From the NCBI GenBank assembly GCA_964016885.1, contig OZ024746.1, positions 77,872,001-77,936,000 on the forward strand: 64,000 nt of DNA, read 5' to 3'. The notes beneath the pieces are model-generated. The model was given only the letters and a program-made list of their open reading frames with translations. It did not search any database and was not told where the DNA came from. Position 1 is the first letter of the stretch, and every line of letters begins with the position of its first letter. Below, one piece after another: positions 56,247 through 64,000 of the stretch. The DNA comes from Eledone cirrhosa (taxonomy: Eukaryota). The position numbers and the translations under genes were made by a program.

Positions 56247-59200
56247 TATATATATATATAACCCATGCTAGTGTGGAAGATGGACGTTAAACGATGATGA
56301 TGATATATCATCTAGGAAGGGCACCCAGTCATAGAGAGCCTACCAAACAAAGGGTTGGGAGGACCCTTCAGTTGTGTCAAAGACATGGCAGCCTCCCCTG
56401 TGCACTCAATAGAATGTAAGGCTGTAGAGATCCAGACCACCCAGTCTGTCTGGGAGGTCAGTAACCCTGCTTCAGTACTGACTTGGTCTATGTAGGCTTG
56501 TCCAAGCCTTCCAGCAGGGAAAGCAAAGTGGAAGTATCAGTAGAGTGTCAAGCAACATGCTTTATGGCATAGAGTTACGGCCCTTTACATTCTGATTTCA
56601 AATCACGCAGAGGTTGGCTATGGGGTCAATAAAATAAAGTACCAGTGACACAATGGGGATCAATTTAATTGACTTACCCTTTCCCCCAAATCGTTGGTCT
56701 TGTGCCAAATTTCTCCGTCATATTGTCGTATTGTGGTGCTTTACATTCAGAGTTTAAATCTGGCTGAGGTCAATTTTGCCTTTCTTCCTTCCTAGGGTCA
56801 AATAATCAACTTTTCCCCTAAATTGTAACGGGTCTGAGACTAAATGGATCAAAGTCACCTCATAATACTCATTTCTCTATCCTTCCTATATATCTATAAG
56901 TTAAAATGGCAGAGCCATTAGAACTTGGGATAGAATTCTCTGCATTCTGAGTTCAAATTCAACCAAGGTCAACTTTACCTTTTATTCTTAGAGATAAAAT
57001 ACTTGTCTATTGCTGAAGTCAGTTCTCCTCCTCCTCCTCCTCTCTCTCTCTCTCTCTCTCACTCACTCCCTATCTCCCTCTCACACATATACACAGTTTT
57101 TGTGGTAGATTAGGTATACAAATGTTATTTATGATAGGGGCTTTGCTTTGTTGACACCATAACTCTGTTTCCACCCTCTCTCTCTCTCTCTCTCTCTGCC
57201 CCCCCCCCCCCCCCATCCTTCCTCTACTCTATGTATCTCTGAGTCTCACACCTCTTCCCCTCCTCTCTGCACCCTCTCAAAACCACTCAAGCCTCCACTT
57301 TAAATAAAGTCCAGCTGTGTTCAGTCTTAACCACTACACCTAGCCAACACTATCAAAAAGGTTAAAGCAAGTTTTATCAGTGTTCATTGGTTGAATCATT
57401 GGTTGCTTGTTGACAGAAGTAACAGCTATACCAGTGGGTTTGTGTTTCGATCTGGACTTGACTACATTTCAAATTTTCCCACTGTTTCCTAAGTCAACCG
57501 GATATTTACAATTTCTATTTTTTAAATTTTATATTGAGACCTTTGATTTCCTTTGTCCTCCTCAAACTGCTGTTTGTTTCTTTTCCAACTGAAGCGGGAA
57601 AGTATTTCATTTGAGGAAGGATCCCCGCAAGGTGGAAAGGTTGATGCTGTTGGTATCTCTGGCTAGCTGTTCTCTATGGCAACACTTTCTCCATCTTGTT
57701 TGCCATGGTGGTGTGCAGGGGTAGGGTTTACCACATGGTGAGGGGGTGAGGAGGTGATGCACTGGGTATCTCTGGCTGACTCTTCTTTTCGACATCTTGT
57801 TGGGCCATGGTGCACCAGCTAAAGTGCTAGAGTTTACCACCCACCCACCTCTATGCTCCATCCCACCACCCACCTCCATTCTCCACCCCACCACCCACCC
57901 ACCCACCAATTTTTCTTTCATATTCTTCTTTCCCTCTTTTCTTCTCTTTCTTGTTGCTTTTGAAAAGATGTATTCTTAAAAAAAATAAATTACATTTTTT
58001 TTCAACAGAGCAGAAAAGCCTGTGTGAATAGGGTGGAGGGTGTCATGACAGCTGTATTTAACTATAAGATATTGAGATTTTTGTTTTATAACAGGTTAAA
58101 TTACCCTTCCACCCTTCTTCTCTTGGTTGTTAGAATGATACATAGGAAAAGGAAGATTATCTCTTGGAACAAGACCATTTGGGGAATGGGGCTTTGTGTT
58201 TTATCAGATAACTTCCTGTTAACCCCTTCCCTCAACATGTTTCTATAATCAAAATAAAAGTGAAGTTTGTGTCTATGAGAAAGGAAGATTTGTTAGCACA
58301 AAGAATTTCCTTCTGTTGACCAGTCTAGCTGTCAAGAAGCATCAGCTTGTAGGAGCTGTGGTGGTGCTGGTGGTGGTGGTAGACAAGGCTGCCATAGTTA
58401 TCACATGCCCCCCCAAACAGATGGATCATGGCTTTTTAGAGATAGCTTTTGCTATCATTACCACCATCATCATCATGTATCTACTATCCATGCTTACCCA
58501 GGTTAGAATGCTCATCATGGCCTGAGACTTGATTGGTTGTGGAACCAAGTCTTTGATCTTACATTCCATATATGGTATGGTTTTTTTTCTACAAATTGAT
58601 ATTCCTTCCTAATGTCAGCCAGTTTGCAGTACCGATTGTACTCTGTGCATTTTATTGTGGCACCAGCACTACCACTTTACAGTGCATACAGCATGCAGTT
58701 TATTGTGGCACCAACACTACCACTTTACAGAATATAGTGAGTGCATTTTATTGTAAAATCAACATTACTATTTTACAGAGTGTACTAAGTGTATTTTTCT
58801 GTAGTATCAGTACTACCACTTTAGAGTGCACTGGATGCATTTTATTGTAGCACCAGCGCTAACTCTGAAATCGTAAGTTAAATTTTATAGAGAGACTGCT
58901 TGGTTCAGCCAGCTGTGTGTGTGTGTGTGTGTGTGTGTCTTGATAGAGCTATACTCTAAGTATTTTTTTATCTGCCAGCCTACCCTAAATAAACTATCAT
59001 TTGATCACCAGCCACTTCAGTCAGTCCTGCCATGCTCAAAACTATTTCTTCACAATCTGAACACCTACTTTGTTGTTACACAAGAGCTTACTTACTAGCT
59101 TGCCAGATCATATAGTATCCAGTTTCCACAAGCTTACTCACTTTACTCACTTCACTAGTGCTGGAGAAGGGGCATGGCTGGGCTGGTTTGTTGAGAGGGT

Positions 59201-59501
59201 GAACTTTGTTATAAAACCAATACACTTATGAAGCTGATAAAATTTCATATCAGCTGTTGTTGTTTGTTGTTAGGCTGTTTGGGTATCCTGGGAATGGACT
59301 GACTGAGAAAATAAAATAAGAAAAAGAAATCAAGAAAGAAAAACAGAAAGTGGGTTGTCTTGTGAGTTCTCAGTGAGTCTCTTGAAGAGCTACTTAGTTT
59401 TTATTGGTGCTTGCCTGAATGAATGACAGGTGGCTATAACCTGATGGTGTTGCCCCTCTTTAGCTATTGGTTGCTCCATCTAGCCAATGGCTGAGTCACA
59501 A

Positions 59502-59533
<32 letters not shown>

Positions 59534-60143
59534 CTCTCACACACCAGCCTTTTAAACTGAGATAAAAAAACAAAGTAATAAACATCAAGAAATGAATACA
59601 TTTGTAAAGATGGGATAATAGTCAATGTGATAAGGTTTATTTAGATATAGTTTGCATGTTGTTGTTTTTTTTTGGGGCGGGGGGGGGGGGGGCTTTTTTT
59701 TTTTTCCATCCTTATTATTGTTGTTATTATTTTTATTTGAACACATGGCAGACAGCCTGGTGGTTTTGATTCATTAGTGTAGGCTAAGGTCTGTGAACTG
59801 AACCATGTAGTCACTGTGGGTTGTGTTGTGTTGGTGTTGGTGTTGGTAATTGTACCTGCTCTAACAACCAACCGCCCACTCACCTATCTATCCACTCCTA
59901 CCCGCCTTTTCTTCCTCTTGTTATTTTTTCTTATTATTATTATTGTTGTTGTTATTGATTATTATTATTATTATTGTTGTGGTTTTTGTTTTGAACATTG
60001 ATGGTGGGCTCTTTAAGTATTATACCCAAGACACAAACACACCCACACACGCACACGCATTAGCTTACTCTCTTTCTCATATATTATATATTATGTGTGT
60101 ATGTGTTGATTCATGGCTAATGTACAGACACACACAAACACAA

Positions 60144-60197
<54 letters not shown>

Positions 60198-60282
60198 CAG
60201 AGGAGTTGTTTAGCCCCAATACACCCCTGATCAAAGGTATTATTCCTAAAAAAAAAAACTAGTGTGTGTGTGTGTGTATATA

Positions 60283-60386
60283 TATAGTGTCCATCCCCCC
60301 AAAACGTATGCACACTTTGATTACATGTACAGGCAATATTTATTAGAATGCTGTTGTGCGTATACATTTTGGAGGGACACCTTGTA
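60283..60386. mobile_element. Degenerate Tc1/mariner-like MITE
   Basis: Imperfect TIRs gtgtcc.tcc...ccaaaacgtatgcac / gcgtatacattttggagggacaccttgta, flanked by TA. Confidence 0.5.
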
Positions 60387-60397
60387 TGTATGTGTAT

Positions 60398-60513
60398 ATA
60401 GGAAAAAAGTCAGGACCCCGACGGCTGAGCTCCGGCCGTTTCGAGAGCTAGATCTGGGTCTAGCTGTCTAAACGGCTGGAGTTCAGCCGTCGGGGTCCTG
60501 ACTTTTTTCTTAT
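60398..60513 (+). other. Near-perfect 116-nt GC-rich hairpin (palindromic MITE or hairpin RNA)
   Basis: ataggaaaaaagtcaggaccccgacggctgagctccggccgttt pairs with aaacggctggagttcagccgtcggggtcctgacttttttcttat. Inner stem agctaga/tctagct. Confidence 0.85.
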
Positions 60514-60593
60514 TACCCACTCTACTATCCTAAGTATTGAGTACTCTGGTGCGTTATGGTCCACCTGGTATCTTAACACACCACCCTCTTTGT

Positions 60594-60641
<48 letters not shown>

Positions 60642-60938
60642 GACACACACGCACATGCCTTTCATCAGATGTATATATGTGTATATACACACACACATAT
60701 ATATATATTACAGGCACCACCGTGACAGAACCAGACACCCGTTCGACCCCTACTCCTTGGGTTGAAAGGAATATCCAAGATGTAACAGCTGAAATAAGAA
60801 AGGGTTGTACCAATTCTGGGCTGTTACTTTCTTTATTGACCCCCAAAAAGGATAAAAGGCAAAGTGGAACCGAGTATGATGTAGCCAAGACTCCGATTGA
60901 GCCAAAATCAGGGCTACATTAGCCAATGTGTATTTTCT

Positions 60939-61152
60939 TTAACCCTTTAGCATATATCCGGCTAGAATTCTCTCACCTCTTTCTCTTCAAACCAGCTGTA
61001 AATGGCCACTCATACTAATGTTAAGGTACTGTTCTCAAAATAAATACCAAAATCTCATAGATTCAATATTATGCGAGATAGTTATGTGACTAAAGCCTTT
61101 ACTGTGAAAATACAATAGTAAATATAGAGTAATGTAAATGCTAAAAGGTTAA
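60939..61152. mobile_element. piggyBac-like MITE family D
   Basis: TTAA-ccctttagcat...atgctaaaagg-TTAA. Confidence 0.8.
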
Positions 61153-61296
61153 AGATGGTGGTGTGTGATATCAGGTAGATTTGGGTGTTGTTTCTAGACG
61201 GTCAAGTGACCATATGTAGAGCTCCTCACTCATTGGTTTAAGATGTAATAGGGTATTTGATGGTGTGGAATGTGTTTCCATTATATACCAACTTAA

Positions 61297-61490
61297 GGGC
61301 AGTAGATTGGCAGTATCGGTAGAAGGTGGGACGCCATGCTTTGCAGCATAGTGTTACGCCCCTTTACAGTCTGAGTTCAAATCCCGCCGAGGTTCACTTT
61401 TCCTTTCATCCTTACGTGGTCGATAAAATAAAGTACCAGTAATGTACTGAGATAATTGCTGGCCTTGTGCCAAAAGTAGAAACAATTATA
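61297..61490 (+). mobile_element. SINE family A
   Basis: gggcagtagattggcagtatcggtag...gagttcaaatcccgccgagg...aaagtagaaacaatta. Confidence 0.85.
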
Positions 61491-61829
61491 TTGTCAACTT
61501 AGGATTGAATATGAAATTTGAGTGAGGGGGGGGGGGGGGGCTGACTACCGCGTTCATACAGACACAACCTCATTCATACACACACCCTTACCTCCTTGGT
61601 ACACATAAGTACAAACCTCCTCCCATACCCCACCCTCCACCCATACCCCACCCTTCACCCATACCCCACCCTCCACTCATACCCCACCCTCCACTCAACT
61701 TCCTCTCAGAACAGGTTCAGTGTGAGAAATATGGTGAATTCCATCAGAAAGATGGGGGGAGGTGGGGGTGTACATGGTGGAAGGAGAGATGTCCCTCTCT
61801 GGATCTTTTTATTCATATGTATTTAATTT

Positions 61830-62262
61830 CTTATATATATATGTGTATATATATATATGTGTGTGTGTGTGTGTATATATATATACATATATATATATAT
61901 GTGTGTGTGTGTATATGTGTGAATATATGTGTGTGTGTGTGTGTGTATATGTGTGAATGTATATATGTGTGTGTGTGTGTATATGTGTGAATGTATATAT
62001 ATATATGTGCGTGTGTATATATATATGTGAATATATATGTATATATGTGTGTCTGTGTATATATATGTGTGTGTGTTTGTATATATGTATGTGTGTATAT
62101 GTGAATATATATATATATGTGTATCTATGTATGTATGTGTGTATATATATATATACATATGTGTGTGTATGTATATATATATATATGTATATGTGTGTAT
62201 ATATATGTATGTATATGTTTGTGTATATATATATATGTATTGTGTGTGTGTGTATATACATG

Positions 62263-62293
<31 letters not shown>

Positions 62294-62385
62294 TTATGTT
62301 ATTATTTGCTCTTCATTTCCCATAGACTATAATAGATAAGGCAACTACTTAATATTTTTTCTACAGCTTATATATATATATATAT

Positions 62386-62428
<43 letters not shown>

Positions 62429-62450
62429 CACATATATATGTGTGTGAGTC
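61830..62450. repeat. (TA/TG)n compound microsatellite
   Basis: Direct inspection. Confidence 0.9.
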
Positions 62451-62722
62451 TGTTTACATATATCATATTCACAGCTATATAGTCGCCCCCACTCTACACA
62501 CACATACAAACGCACGTAGGCATACAGACATGTTGTGTTATATATACTTTTGACTGTGTTATATATATATGTGTGTGTTTGAGGAACACACATGCATATT
62601 CACATACATGCATACATGTACATAGGCACACACTTGAATAAACATTCACACAACCTCACTTATTTACTTATTACACACCCTACCCGTCCATGAGCTAATG
62701 TAAATCCAAGTTATACATCCGC

Positions 62723-62834
<112 letters not shown>

Positions 62835-63144
62835 TGTGTGTGTGTGTAGTTTCTCTCGCTCTCTCTCCCTATATATATATATATATATATATGGTGGCTG
62901 CCAACTCGTTTTCGAGTACGGCCACTACTTTATATCCATGTAGGAGAACTCCTACCGATGCGCTGAACGAGTGTGACTTTTTAGTCCAGCCAGCGACTTG
63001 AAAACTCTGGTACAAACACTACACTTGTGACAATTATTGACACATAGTGCTGGGCCCATGGTGCCATGTGACGACAAGTGCAGAGAGATCTCCAGTCATA
63101 TATATATATATATATATGAATACATACATATATATATATATATG

Positions 63145-63267
<123 letters not shown>

Positions 63268-63306
63268 TCAAAATATTAACAAAATAGACATTCTTGTGAT
63301 CAATTA

Positions 63307-63373
63307 TATTTTATTATACATATTTCAGAGGTACTGAGTTAAGTTTAACAGTACGTCCTCATCAGATAAAATA
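63307..63373 (-). ncRNA. Type-I hammerhead ribozyme, same group as 27225-27297
   Basis: Minus strand reads tattttat-CTGATGA-ggacgtactg...cagtacctct-GAAA-tatgta-TA-ataaaata. Stem I is 8 bp and stem II pairs. Confidence 0.8.
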
Positions 63374-63751
63374 GGATGATGCATGACATACCCTGACATA
63401 GTAGATGGTTAAGATTCAGTCATGGTAGTGATTAACATGAGACAAAACTCAATATTGATACCCTAATATTGAGAACATGAGATAGCATAATACAAACAAT
63501 AGAGAGGGTGCGTGTAATACAGCTTAAAAAATACATGACATCAATATAAGTAAAAAATTTAAAAAAAAAAAACTACTGAAGAAAGAGGAGGGAAAGGAAA
63601 GCATAGTTTAAAAAAAATGTTTTTAACTGTTATATTGATGCCATGTATTTTTTAATGTGTATTACACGCACCCTCTCTATTAACATACATTCTACTATTG
63701 GACTCGCTTACTCTTAAGAAATATAAAAAAATATATATGTATCATCATTTA

Positions 63752-63833
<82 letters not shown>

Positions 63834-63934
63834 CGTACATATACACACACGATGTGTATATATGTATATATACCATAACTTAGCTTAACTACTTTGCTCT
63901 TCTTTGTGTGTGCGTGTGTATATATATATACGAT

Positions 63935-64000
63935 ATTAAACAAATGGAAACTATATTTATAAAACCATATTTATTTCATTATACATATTTCAGGGATACC
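63935..64000 (-). mobile_element. Further copy of the hammerhead-bearing element seen at 27189-27297, cut by the window end
   Basis: aaatggaaactatatttataaaaccatatttattt.attatacatatttca matches 27198-27248. Only the GAAA/stem III/UA half of the ribozyme is visible. Confidence 0.65.

Noticed and set aside
60650-60675. Minus-strand CTGATGAaaggc similar to the 27280 motif
   Set aside because: It runs into (TG)n with no GAAA or stem III; at most a fragment.

Overview
Eukaryotic, AT-rich, repeat-saturated intergenic or intronic DNA with a 200-N scaffold gap at 33566-33765. The mix of microsatellites, tRNA-derived SINEs and MITEs suggests an invertebrate, most likely a cephalopod such as Octopus (inference). 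I found no credible intact protein-coding gene. The supplied ORFs are microsatellite translations, apart from relics of RTE-type LINEs and the 3' end of a probable Tx1/L1-like LINE. The stand-out feature is a ~3.95 kb array at 27786-31739, inserted in a (TA)n tract. It consists of apparently identical 311-bp units, each carrying a minimal type-I hammerhead ribozyme (CUGAUGA / stem II / GAAA-CGCG-UA). About 5 units point one way and about 7.7 the other, joined by a 5-nt microhomology into a giant palindrome. This looks like a retrozyme or Penelope-associated self-cleaving circular-RNA element. A second, sequence-divergent hammerhead group occurs at 27225, 27656, 63307 and the window end, and a core-variant candidate sits at 32532; all lie next to TA microsatellites. 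Other notes: a LINE always found in (TATC)n tracts, tandem Helitron-like ends, nested insertions with target-site duplications, and a near-perfect 116-nt GC-rich hairpin.
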